NCBI GenBank assembly: GCA_016906335.1
Contig: JADEYG010000004.1
Location: 620,001-684,000 of the forward strand
Direction: 5' to 3'
Origin: Novakomyces olei
Lineage: Eukaryota
DNA: 64,000 bases
A program made the position numbers and the translations under genes. This document shows positions 1 through 12,200 of the stretch, piece by piece. The notes under the pieces are model-generated. The model made no database searches, was not told the DNA's origin, and saw only the letters and a program-made list of their open reading frames with translations. Within the stretch, counting starts at the first letter, position 1. Each line of letters begins with the position of its first letter.

Positions 1-1287
1 CTGAAAATGCTGCGAGTCAAGCCTACTGCCAGTATTTATGGATCTTCTGATGAAGACGAGGATGAGGATGAAGATGAGGATGAAGACGAAGACGAGGATG
101 AAGACGAAGACGATGAGGATGATGATGAGGATGAAGAAGATGATGACGAAGAAGAAGAAGATGATGACGAAGAAGAAGACGAAGAAGACGAAAATCTAAA
201 GAAACTGCTTAATGGCGCCAACGAGTCCGAGTCTGGATCAGATTCTGAAGAAGAAGAAGAAGCTGAAGAGTTTGTGGTTTGCACTTTGGTTCCACCAACT
301 TACCAGCAGCCCTTGGATCTTACTCTTCACCCTGGAGAGCAAGTATTCTTCTCTGCCTCTTCTGAAACTCCAGTTTATCTTACTGGAAACTATGTCATTG
401 ACGAGAACGAAGACTCTGAGGATGATGACGATGAATCTTCTGCTTATGACAGTGAACCCGACAGCGAAGAGGAGATCGATGACGAGACCCTTCGACGTAT
501 TCTTGCTCAAGCTTCTGACGATGAAGATGAAGAGATCGATTCCGACGAGCTGGATTCCGACGATGTCGATGCAGCTCTTGACGAGGATCTGAGCGATGAT
601 GACGACGATATCGAGGAGGATATTGTGGAAGAGGATATTGAAGAAGAATCGCCTAAAGTGGTCGAGATCAGCTCAATACCATTAGAGCAGCGGAAACGTG
701 CAGCCGAAGAAGACGGTGAAGAAGTCGTAGACGAAGAAGTGGGTGAAGGAGAGGAGACTAAAAAACTCAGCAAAAATCAGCTAAAGAAGCTAAAGAAGAA
801 GCAAAAGGCCAATGATGGAAGTGTCGTGGAGCCAGAACAGACCAAAAAATCCGACAAGCCGGAAAAGAAATCAGTTCAATTTAGTGCTCAACTGGAACAA
901 GGCCCTACTGGCGCAACTGCGGCTCGTGCGGAGGCAAGCAAGACTGTTAAATTGGAAAACGGATTGTCTTACACAGATAGCAAAGTTGGTGGAAACGGAC
1001 CTTCTGTCAAATCGGGGTCTCGTGTAGGTATCCGCTATATTGGCCGGTTGGCCAAGAACTCTAAGCAGTTTGATAGCAATACAAAGGGCAAGCCTTTCAC
1101 CTTTACCGTGGGTAAAGGTGAAGTTATTCCGGGCATGGATAAAGGTGTTATTGGCATGAAACTTGGCGGAGAGCGCCGCGTGCAGATTCCCTCAGCGCTG
1201 GCTTATGGAAAGAAAGGGGCTCCTCCTACTATCCCAGGAAATGCAGACCTCATTTTCGAGCTGCGCCTGGTTGATCTTAAGCATTAA
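1..1287 (+). CDS. FPR4: Nucleolar FKBP-type peptidyl-prolyl isomerase / histone chaperone (Fpr3/Fpr4/Fkbp39 family), 5' end probably outside window
   Basis: Nucleoplasmin-like core (FVVCTL..YQQPLDL..VYLTGNY), long D/E tracts, basic NLS-like KKLSKNQLKKLKKKQK, C-terminal FKBP domain (RYIGRL..FDSN..PFTFTVGKGEVI..GMKLGGERR..AYG..LIFE). Frame is open from position 1 and the N-terminal part of the nucleoplasmin domain is missing. Confidence 0.93.
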   Translation: MKMLRVKPTASIYGSSDEDEDEDEDEDEDEDEDEDEDDEDDDEDEEDDDEEEEDDDEEEDEEDENLKKLLNGANESESGSDSEEEEEAEEFVVCTLVPPTYQQPLDLTLHPGEQVFFSASSETPVYLTGNYVIDENEDSEDDDDESSAYDSEPDSEEEIDDETLRRILAQASDDEDEEIDSDELDSDDVDAALDEDLSDDDDDIEEDIVEEDIEEESPKVVEISSIPLEQRKRAAEEDGEEVVDEEVGEGEETKKLSKNQLKKLKKKQKANDGSVVEPEQTKKSDKPEKKSVQFSAQLEQGPTGATAARAEASKTVKLENGLSYTDSKVGGNGPSVKSGSRVGIRYIGRLAKNSKQFDSNTKGKPFTFTVGKGEVIPGMDKGVIGMKLGGERRVQIPSALAYGKKGAPPTIPGNADLIFELRLVDLKH

Positions 1288-2115
1288 GGGAGATTGGCTA
1301 TTGAATAAAAAGTGTTTTGAGTCAGAAATTAAAATATTTGATTGTCTTAAACTTTGGCGGCGCATATACTTTCAATGAAGGATATGAGGGTTGTAGAAAT
1401 AAAAGTAGGGCAAACATGTATAAAGTATTTGTTGGAGGATAAGTAAAAGGTATTGCAAAGTACCAGAAAGCATTTTCGGCCGAATAATATGCAATAACAA
1501 GACACTGTTTTTGGAGCAGTCGTTACGGCCTTTCCACACTTTCAAATATTGTTCACATGAAAAAAAAATCAGAAAATTATACATAATGATTGAAAGATGA
1601 ATAATTATAGACTAAATGCAGCTGCAGACGAAGCTATTTGGAGAGCAAACGCATTGCATGTTGCCCTGATAGACGGCGATGCCCGCTTTATTTGTCACAT
1701 AAATTCGATTGTTTATTGTATAAACAGACATACGAGCTCGCTTATATGCCTCTATCTGTTTTTAAATTCTTCTCTACGTCTTACGTCAGATGTTGGCTTG
1801 CATATACCCAAGTAATACAGCGAGCAATGTATAGATGTTTCATATGGTAAAGTGATTCAACCAATATTTGATAATTCACATATTGTGCATATGTCCACCA
1901 AGACTGCTACGCTGTTTCAGATATTTACTGATAATGAACAACAATCGCATTACGAAATATCACAAATGCGCTGATACAGTATGGCCGTCGCTCAATGTAT
2001 CAGTATCGCTCTCGATGCGTGAGCATGTGGGTATAAAACGCGCGTACAGCAAACATAATAATGCATGTGCGTGCATTATAGTCACATAATTCCTATACAG
2101 TAGAAATACAAATTA

Positions 2116-2237
2116 AGAGATATAAATAAAAAGAGATATAAAAAGAGATATAAAAGGAGATATAAAAGGAGATATAAAAGGAGATATAAAAAAGAAAAAT
2201 AAAAAAGAAAAATAAGAAAAAGGGGATATAAATAAAA
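2116..2237. repeat. Purine-rich degenerate ~12-bp minisatellite (GAGATATAAAAG-like)
   Basis: Repeated agatataaaa(a/g)g units followed by aaaagaaaaat units. Confidence 0.8.
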
Positions 2238-2719
2238 CGTCACGTGACCGCGTTGTTGCACAGCAACGGTTGCGTGGCAGCAAACAGATCGATCATTGGA
2301 GGTGCTGCTATAATTATCGTATCCGAAATGTGTCTATGCCAATACGGGTAAAAATGATGATATCTGCGGATCGCGATCCGGTGCGTGTGCGCTAGGCCCA
2401 AATAGCTCTGGGAATGCGCCGCTACGGGAGATGGAATAATTGTGTTGGCAAGCGAGACGAACGGAATAGGAGGCGGATAAAGTTGTATACATTGCAAGTA
2501 TGGTGTATACTTGTATGTGTACATGAAAAAGTGTATAGCCCACACAACACCATTAGCCAATACATAGTTTTCCAAGTCAGATATTAAGTGTGCAGTACGA
2601 GTATAGAAGGTACACACTAGTGGTTCGCTATACGATAAGTGTTGCACGCCCACTTGTGTGAAATCCGGATACGCTCCAAATTAAAAAGTACGAGAAACTC
2701 GCTACCGCCAGACACTCAA

Positions 2720-2741
2720 ACACACACACACACACACACAC
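2720..2741. repeat. (CA)10 microsatellite
   Basis: Directly visible. Confidence 0.9.
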
Positions 2742-3130
2742 GGGGGAGACTAGGCTGCATAAATTGCGTGTGTGAGGTGGCTTGACACGCTCTCTTGTAC
2801 TTTTATCTCCACACGCTTGTTGGCCTTATGCTAAAGGCGTCGTATACGCAATACTGACGCGTCTCTCTCTGGGTTGAGCGAACGGGTTCGTACTCGCGCG
2901 TCGTTTGCAGGCAGACGTATAAGTACACACGTACATATATATATACTTGCCCGCTCCAGTTTGCCTGTAAACCCTCATTCTTTTAACTTTTGTTTTCTAA
3001 TTCCTCACCCTGGTGCCTGGGCCGGTCGTGTCATTGGCGGCAGTTTCTTCCTTTTGCACCTGCCTGGCATTCGCCGTTCGTTCTCTACTGCAAATTTCAT
3101 TACCACGTCTTTGCTTCTCCAGGTTTGGTC

Positions 3131-3186
3131 CAGGATCAGTTTCGGGATCAATTTCAGGATCAATTTCAGGATCAGTTTCAGGATTG
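3131..3186. repeat. 12-bp tandem repeat (CAGGATCARTTT) x~4.5 in the cdc25 leader
   Basis: caggatcagttt cgggatcaattt caggatcaattt caggatcagttt caggatt. Confidence 0.85.
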
Positions 3187-3267
3187 CGTGGCACATCGTG
3201 CTGCGTGACATTTGCCTCTTTTACAGGCAGTCTGGAATAAAGGCAATACTGCCCGGCCGCTATTGCT

Positions 3268-6200
3268 ATGGACGGAGTGCCATTGGCGGCAATGCCGCCT
3301 CTGAGGATGGACAAAGATCCGGTGATTACAGTCAAGCAAATTGATGCTCCACGGCCCCGCAGTCGAAGCAAGCATATAGCGAGCTCTCCACTAGCGTCTC
3401 TTGGCGCAGTCTCTTCTCTTTCTATGGGCTACTTTGATTTCCGACCCCGAGTGTCCAGCCCGACCAGCTCACTTGCTGCTGATCTGTCACAAAATTTTCA
3501 TATTGACGCAGAGAAATCGTGAGTGTCTACTGGTGCTTTTGTTTGGATAGAAATGCATACGGCAAAGGGGCAATGCCGTTTTCCTTATTTTTACACTGAT
3601 TTTTGGGTCTATTTAGCTTTGTATTGTGGGTTTCATTATGTTTATTTGTTTATTCAATTTTTTAATTATTTTTCAATTTCTTTTTAGTTTCTTTTCAATT
3701 TCTCTTCAATTTCTTTTTAATTCTTTTTATTTATTTTCACCATTTTTTTTATTTCGTTTTGCGTCTTGTTTCTATTTCCCTTTTGTTGTCTAATACCAGT
3801 TTCATCCCCATTTTTGTCCAAACCCAATACTAATCTCAAGACCGATCCAACCAACGCCTCGACGCTCATTGCTCCCGACGCTGTTCAAGCGCACAGACTC
3901 AAATGCCAGCGTCTCTTCAGCTACAACAAAAGACAGTTTAGCGACGGATGGTACACTGACGTCGCCTCCATTATCGTCAGACTCCTCACTTGGAGCAATG
4001 TCCACGCCTTGTTACATTACGGAACTGACTACTGAGCCTCAGGATTTCCATGCTACGCCTCGTCCGGCCCCCTCTGATCCTCAACAGCCGGCAGTTCAGA
4101 GCAATTGGTCTTCCAGTCCTATGGATGCCTCACCTTGCCTGCCGCACAAACAGGCGGGCGGCCTTTTGCAAACAGGGCACCATGACGAGAGCGAGTTGTC
4201 CACAGATCCCCGTTCGCAAGGCAATGGCACTGAAATGAAGGCGAGGTCGCCTTTGAGTGATATTTCTCCCAAAGCCGTGGGCAACAGGCATTCCCTGAGG
4301 CCGCTAGGGTTTGTAAAGCCTGTTTTCGCTGCTGGAAATGCTTACATTGGCCCTGGAAAGCAGAGGCTGGCTCAAGAGAATAACGAGAATGCTTTGGATT
4401 CTCATCGCCGGCAGTCTAGCCTTCCCGTGCCAGCAAGCTCTCAGCAGGATCTGGTAGCGGACCAGGCTTTAGCCGATGGAGCAGTCGGCCTTAGCCTGAC
4501 CGAGTCTACTAGACTGGCTTTTGATCGGCAGAGCAAAGCGGGTACTGCCTCTCTGAGCCGGTCAGTGGATCTGCCTTTGCGCAGTATTGCCAACAATGAA
4601 ACTGGCAAGCTTGCCTCTACCCACCACTTGCACGAAAGATCGCAGTCGTTCTCGGTGGATGGGTACTCTGCTGGAAGCAGAACTGCCCTGAGTATGGACG
4701 ATCTGTTTTCCGTCTCGTCTCCTCGACATACGGCCTCCCGTTCCGATTGCACAGAGGCCGGCAAAAGCCATTTTGCCTCTACTCGACCAGCAGCGCCATT
4801 GGCTCATGCTGGCAGACAGCAGCAGCACCGTGGAGGCTTTCACCGATCCATCTCGCTTATAAACACTCGTCCTGTCCGTGGAAGCTTGGGTATCCCACCA
4901 GCGAGGGACGCCGAGTCTGCGTCTGTTCTTGCCTGCTCAAAATACGCTCAAAGACGTGAACCGTTTGCCTTTGATTTCAGTTTTCCTCCATTGTCCACCG
5001 GTCTCCCACCCTCTCAACCCCTCTGTTCTGCCGCTAAAGAAGGACAATCTAGTGGCAAAGAAGGGCAATCCAGTGGCAAAGAAAGCGCTGACGTCAGCGG
5101 CAGTAGCATTGGCATTAGTGACAAGGGCGCTGGTAGGAGCAGCAACTGGCCGGCGGACGACTATGACAGTCCGTCTTCGAACCGGATCGCTTCACGTGGC
5201 CGTCGTGCTCATCGAGCAAGCAAGTTCCGCAGGACGCAGAGCATGTTTTACTCTTCAAAAGAGTTTTACCCGGACGAGAGTGCGAGAGAAGGCGGCCTCG
5301 AGACAACGGCAGTACTGGACAAAAGGGAGCCAGTGCCAGGCAGAGCCAATGGCAGAGCCAATGGCAATGGCAATGCTCCTGGCTGTAAAGGCTGTACGAT
5401 TACAGACCTCCGTGTCCCCTGTTTCAATGTAAAAGACGACTCGTTGCTGCGGATTAGCAGTAGCACGCTCGTAGACCTGCTGGACGGCAAGTTTGCCCAC
5501 CTTGTAGACAGCATAACCGTAGTAGACTGCCGCTTCGAGTACGAGTACTCTGGCGGCCATATTCCCGGGGCTATAAACTGCAGTACTATGGAGGCAGTTT
5601 CCGCTTCACTGTTTGCCGACAAGGATCTGCCTCTGCCGTGTGCGAGTCACGCTGTGCCTGTGGACGAGAGCCACACGCTTCTCTACAAGAATCTGCACTC
5701 TGTAACAAACAACAGCAACAACAACAACAGCAGCAGCAGCAGCAGCAGACAAAGGCCGTGCAACCGTAAAATTATCGTCTTCCACTGTGAGTACAGTCAG
5801 CACAGGGCTCCACGACTCGCCTTGCACCTGCGCAGTATCGACCGGCAGCTCAATTCTGCACACTACCCTCTGCTATCTTACCCCGACGTCTTTGTCCTCG
5901 ACGGAGGGTACGCCGAGTTTTTCGCTCGGCACCGTTACCGCTGTGGAGGAGGGTACGTGGCCATGAACGACGAAGCTCACAGGTCTACCGCCGGCCGAGA
6001 AATGCATACTTTTCGAAGAGCCAGCAAGTTTTCACGGACACAGAGTTATACATTTGGCGATGCCTCTGCCGGAGCTACAGCTGCCTCTGTTTCTGCCGCT
6101 TCTGCTTCTGTTTCCTCTTCTATTTCCTCTTCTATTCCCTCTTCTATTCCTTCTGTTTCCTCGTCTGCATCCAACGCCTCGTTCATGCGCCGTGGTGATA

Positions 6201-6685
6201 CAGGCAAGGAAAACTGCTTTGCCGATCTTAATAAAAACAAAATGAATACCATTAAAGCAAGCACTATCGGTGACTGTACCAGCCCACACGGCACAGGGCA
6301 AAAAGGCCTGTTTCCTGCCTGCACAGACTCGTCAGGGAGGGGCCTTGCAAGTGCAGCGGGAAAAGTGCTGCAGAAACCCGTTCGGCCGTCGCTTGTACGC
6401 CACCTCGGAGGGTTTCCCATGCAGAGGAGTATCAGCACTGTAACCACAACTGACCTGAAAAAGTCGCAGATGCCACGGGGCACACAGTACTGCCACACGT
6501 CGCTAAGACGGCCCATTTATGGCGCAGACGCTGCCGACAAAGACGGACGGGGTAGACAGTTCGAGGCCGAGAATGGGTTGGCTGAAAGGGCAAAACGAGA
6601 CTTGCTCGTGGGCGGAGATGGGGATTGCAGTACAGAAGGGAACCTGGACGATTCTGACGCTCTGGATGAAATGTTCATCTCGTGA
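3268..6685 (+). CDS. cdc25: M-phase inducer phosphatase Cdc25/Mih1/NimT; exons 3268-3518 and 3841-6685
   Basis: Exon 1 has SSPTSSLAADLSQNFHID. Intron GTGAGT(3519)...TACTAAT..AAG(3840) joins in frame to SPIQPTPRRSLL. Rhodanese-like catalytic domain with VDCRFEYEYSGGHI and HCEYSQHRAP (HCx5R). Confidence 0.95.
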
Positions 6686-7168
6686 ACGGTTGAACGGATT
6701 TAAAAAAGGGTAGAAAAGTGCCTCCACCCAAGAGCCAGAGCTCTTGAGCTGCTGCATATTTCTACAACCTGCTCCGCTCGGCAATGGCCGAGTTTAATAC
6801 TTTACGGTGCCCACCTTTACTCTGGGCTCCTCTTTAATGATATTTATTTATCTTTACTGATATTCTTTTTCAAATTTATTTATTTTTATAAATTTATCTT
6901 TTAAAACTTACTTTTATATCTTTATTTATATTCCAAATTATACTTTAAACTTGTATTCTTATTTATGTATTCTAACATTATATTATAATATTCCAATTTT
7001 TTATTTTATCTTTACCGCCGTGGTTTGTAGGATGAACCAAACGGCGTTATGACAGCAAATGTATTTTATTTACAGGACAAATGATTAATTTGATGACCTC
7101 ATGACCAGCAGCACAGCGCAGTACAGTACAGCTAAATCATAGAAGCCAAGTAGAGAATAAAACTCGGG

Positions 7169-8112
7169 TCACCGTTCAGCCCCATCTTTTTCCTTTCCCG
7201 TCTCATACTCTGCCATTTCAACGTCTTGGCCTGTCTCGTTTTGCGGGTCGCTGGAGCCATTGCTAGCAAGGGACCCGGAACCAGCTCCGGTTTCAGCCCC
7301 GACTTGGCCTTGTAAGACTTTTAACAGAGAATTAAAGGCCTCCACTATCCGCTGGTACTCTTGTTTTCGTAGACTCCATGCCCGAGAGTAAGAGTCTCGC
7401 TCGGCACGAATCTCCTGCAGCTCTCGTTCTAACTTTTCCTTCTCCAGTTGCTGCGCAGAGACAGGGATCAGCTTCCGTGACAAAATCCGCTGGGCTATAA
7501 CATCACACTCCATCTTTTGAGCTCGCCGATTCCGAGCACGTTCCAGCTCATGCTTCAGGGCCTCTATCTGCTCACGCTCGTGTAAGAATTGCGTTTCTTC
7601 CCGTCGGTCAGCAAGCGGTCGGATGTAAACGTGCTCAAACACGAGAATTTGAATAATAAAACGGCAAATATATAGCGGCAAATACAATCATGACCATCCA
7701 GCTGGTGCAGACTAATAAATAAATAAAATTGCCAGCTTCAGGACGGCGTATAAAACCTAATTGCAACAAATTCATAATACCTGCTTCCTGCCTTCGCAGA
7801 GAATACTGTTCTATTTGCCGATCGGTCATTGTTATTTGCAGTGCTATACGCCGCAGCGTCGACCTGTACGCGGCAAAATCGACATGCGCCTGTTCTTGTA
7901 GAGCACTGTAAATTTAGTACTAAAGTATTTTGGAAGCAAGTACGTTTTGTCTGCTGAGATAGCGGCTTTCTCATCGTCCGTTTCGTGGAGCCGTCGGCAC
8001 CACCGAGTAACACGGCGCAGCGGCCGTTCTTCGATCGCTAATCGTGCGCGAATAATTTCGTCTGGGCTCAGTATAGCTCTATGCTAAATGCCGTACCTTC
8101 TTCCACCGCCAT
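7169..8112 (-). CDS. THOC7: THO complex subunit 7 (THOC7/Mft1-like), 4 exons
   Basis: Manual splicing gives MAVEE/DEIIRARLAIEERPLRRV... and a coiled-coil C-terminus IEALKHELERARNRRAQKMECDVIAQRI, matching the recalled Tho7 pattern. Three GT-AG introns with branch sites. Confidence 0.8.
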
Positions 8113-8242
8113 CTTTATCTGTAGTCGCCTGGCAGTGATTGCCCTTAATTGCCGTTGCAAGATTTATGACAAAACTCAGTATATTGATCCAAAGGTTGGA
8201 AATACAGTAAAATATTAAAAACAAACTACAAAATGAATGGAC

Positions 8243-8368
8243 TAATTAAAATAATTAAAATAATTAAAATAATTAAAATAATTAAAATAATTAAAATAAT
8301 TAAAATAATTAAAATAATTACAATAATTAAAATAATTAAAATAATTACAATAATTACAATAATTACAA
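8243..8368. repeat. 9-bp AT-rich tandem array (TAATTAAAA/TAATTACAA) x~14
   Basis: Directly visible in the short divergent THOC7-Nup159 spacer. Confidence 0.92.
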
Positions 8369-8468
8369 GCCTCCATTACGGGTTATCTATAGGCAAATAT
8401 AATTAATAACCTTATATATGCACGACAAAATGGAACTTGCGTGAACGAGACATGTCATTGTCAGGTGC

Positions 8469-9240
8469 ATGATGCTGCCTGCACGAACAGTCGAGCTTGA
8501 GGAGAGCTTTACGACGGTACGGCAAAAGAGGAATGACAGTACCTTACTGACTTTAGGATTTTGCCTTCCGCAATATTTCAAACGATGCGTTTGTGAAACT
8601 CGGAGAGCCAGTTGACTCTCTTGAACCACAATCACGGCAATTTGCTGTTTCAAACAGCAAAGCGCTCTTTGCCGCAGGAAACAATCAAGGTAACTGTCAT
8701 ATTGCATTTATATTAATTGGTATTTTTGTTTCGAAATATTTACGATTTGCAGGGTTCTGTATCGGCGGCTTGCAAGATTTGAGAGACGCTCTCAAGGCTT
8801 CGCCTCGCAATGTGAATGAAGAGTATAAAGTACCGCATACACTCGCGCTAGCCAATGTCGTTGCCCTTAGTTTTGGGGGTGACGGTGATCTGTTAGCTGC
8901 TGGCGTTAAAAATGATGGTATATATACTTATAAAACCGAATCAATAGTGCGATCCGTAAGTTTATGTTCGAATATGGATCTAAATGGAACAGGACTATAC
9001 TCCGTCTGGCAGAATACAGGTTCCAGGGCTCTCAACTTTTGAACCCAATCCTGCAGAGCCAAATCTGTACGCGTGTTTATTGCACAATGGTGACGTTTGC
9101 ATCGCCAATTCGGCGGATGGTCAGATTTCTTCTATTGCCACGGAAGGCACTACGAGTAAGTGTAGCCTGCAGCATATTTTTTATGCAAATGAACAACTAT
9201 TCGGTCAAAAATGATACATTTTTGATTGAGAAACGGAGAG

Positions 9241-9285
<45 letters not shown>

Positions 9286-12200
9286 CGCTGGGGAGTCAAT
9301 CAAGGGTTTGATCATTTCTTTTATATCTCGTAATTTGCTTGCTTTCGTCCTGATTCGCCGCTAATACTCCAGTGTCATGGTCAAAGAGGGGTAAACAAAT
9401 AGCTATTGGTAAAAGTGATGGGCTCATTCAAATGTATACACCCACTGGCGACCTCAAGGACACATTGCCATCACCGTCTGATCTCACTAGGGTTTATGTG
9501 CATTCCGTCTTGTGGCTCGAGAATCATGTATTCGTTGTGGTTTACAATTCCATTGCCGAAAACGAACAATTCGTTCACGAATACACTTCTTTTATTGCCT
9601 GTCGGCAAGTGGGCAAGGAGGTTGTCTTCAAGCAACTGATTGATCCAGTCCCGCCTTTTGGCTATGGTGAAGTCACCGGCGTCCATCATATTCATGCTCT
9701 ATTTAATTGGAAACCCACGCTTAAAAACATGGTTATTTTCGGTGCTTCATGCTCCACTGATGTTGGAATCGTTGCGCGATATGATGCAGGTGATACAGAA
9801 TGGTGTACGGAAACAATTGAGGATGAAACGAAACGAGCTGCACTGCCTTATTCACGTGTTGAGGAAAGAGACACCTTTTTAGTAGGATCAGCACTTGACT
9901 TTTCCGCCACTGAAGACGTGGAAAAGCCGCTAGGGGATTCTTCTGATGTAGAGTCTGCTCCGCCGCTTCCACAGCTTTGGTTGCTTAACAGTGATGGACT
10001 TGTGACCGCTTTCCATGTCGTTTTTGTGGACGCCGTAAAACAAGGCATCCAGTACCCGGAAATGCTGACCGCAGATTCTAATCATGCAAACAAACAAGCA
10101 GAAAGTTCGGCTTTGCAAACTGCCAAAGATAATGAACAAAAGAGCTCAGGGCAGTCTAAAGCGCCTACCTTTGGGACTAATGCTAGTCCGTTTTTTGGAC
10201 AGACAACTGCTTTTGGACAGTCTCCGTCTTTTGGACAGACAACTGCCTTTGGACAGTCTCCAGCCTTGAACAAATTTGCATCTTCTGAAGACGACAAGAA
10301 TCAATCTCCAGCTCCATCTTTCGGAAAAACAACATTTGGGCAGAGCCAGTTGCCGGCATTTGGCCAGACTAGCGCGCTATCGTTTGGCGGCCAAACAGAT
10401 ACATCAAAATTTGGTCAGACAAATACGGCTTTTGGCCAAACAAGCTCACCTTCTTTTGGTCAAAAGGCCTCATCTGCGTTTGGTGAATCAGGCGTGTTTG
10501 GATCTGGTAAAAATGTTGCGGGTGGATTTGGTGCTGCTGGAGCATTTGGCTCCAATCCTAAGCAACAGCTAATTTTCGGAAAGTCAATGGATTTGAGTGG
10601 GGAAAAGGATCTGTTTGGAGCCTCTCAAAATACAGGGTTTTCGTTCGGTTCATCTTTTGGACAAAAAAATAACGCTTTCAGCAACGAAGCAAATTCGCGA
10701 GCAGCCAATTTCACAAATGAATCTTCAAGGAGTGTTGCAGGTATGATGAAGAATACCTGAATTACTTTATAATTTATGCATTTGTTTATCATATTTATAT
10801 ATATATTTATTTATTGATTGTTTCAAACTAATTCTGTAGCAGAAGAAGATAGTGATAAAGAGGAGGAAGAGACGAACGTAGCCACTGATGATAATAAAGA
10901 GCCGTCAGCGGTGAATTCGAGCAATCCTTTTGGATCTATGACTTTTGGCTTTGGTAGTCAGCAAAGCGATCAGGCAAACAAACCGGTTGGATTTGGCTTT
11001 GGCGGTTTCAAGGCGGATGTGACCCCGTTCAATAACGTTTCAGCTTTGTCTTCAACTCAAAATCTGTCTAATGACAATCAGTCGTCTCAAATGAGTATTA
11101 AATCTGATTCTCTGGAGCCACAAGCTTTTGAAAAGAGTCGGACAGTCTCAACGCTTGGCGACTCAATGCCAGACTCAGCTTCAGTCGAAGACAGCACAGG
11201 TATGAATGCTTCTCCAACAGAAGAAAACGCTCCAATGCCTCCTTCTCCGACTGACGAAGCGCCCATGCCTCCTTCGCCAGTTCAGGAGCCTTCTAGTCAG
11301 GAAGAAAGTGCTCCAATGCCTCCTTCTCCGACTGAAGAAGCGCCCATGCCTCCTTCGCCAGTTCAGGAGCCTTCTATTCAGGAAGAAAACGCTCCAATGC
11401 CTCCTTCTCCGACTGACGAAGCGCCCATGCCTCCTTCGCCAGTTCAGGAGCCTTCTAATCAGGAAGAAAGTGCTCCAATGCCTCATTCTCCAACAGAAAA
11501 AAGAGTTTCATTACCGCATTCACAAAAAGAATCGCCGCCTCGAAATGTTCAGAATGGAAATGAGAGCAATTTCCATGAACAGAATCGGGCTGGAGAGGAG
11601 CAGTTTTCCGAGCCAGAGGATCTTGGCACAAGGTCGAGTGAGAGCTCATCCAAAAAGAGTTGGGAAGTTTTATCCAGTGAGTCGGGCCAGGAACTCGGGT
11701 CGCCTCCTTCGGTCACTGGTGCAAATAGCACGGAAGATTATCAACAGATCCCCGCTCAGCGTACTCAACAGCTATCAATTTTTGTGCCCTCACCAGAACC
11801 TTTTTCCTCACCAGAGATTATTCCTGAACAAGGCCCCGTAATTCTGGAAAGGCCAATACCGCCATGGAAACACGATGACGTGGAGAGCAATTATACGGTA
11901 CTCGAAACATTATTTCTTTGATTTCTATTGCTTACAGTCTAGGGGTTGACTAAGCAGTTAGACGTGCTTACGCGGCAGAACAGTCTTGAAATAAGTATTG
12001 TAAGTCCACCAATTGGCACTTTTATATATGAAATTTTACTCAATTTGTGTATGAGTATTAATTTTTATATTTTTTTTAATTAATCTTTCATATTATCATA
12101 TATATTTATATGTATATATTCTATGAGAACAATACAAATTGATTCTAATATCTAGGCGCTATCGAGTTTACAAAATATTAAAGAATACGTCAATGAACAA

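Noticed and set aside
2100..2250. Point centromere (CDEI GTCACGTG next to an AT-rich tract; also at 21004 and 56639)
   Set aside because: No CDEIII-like CCGAA element at the expected distance, and the lineage looks too intron-rich for Saccharomycetaceae. More likely Cbf1/bHLH promoter sites.
2874..3344. 156-aa ORF overlapping the cdc25 start as a uORF
   Set aside because: Non-ATG start and partly generated by the 12-bp repeat
9241..9283. Retrocopy or SINE tail at the poly(A)
   Set aside because: No target-site duplication or recognisable element body; a simple intronic homopolymer
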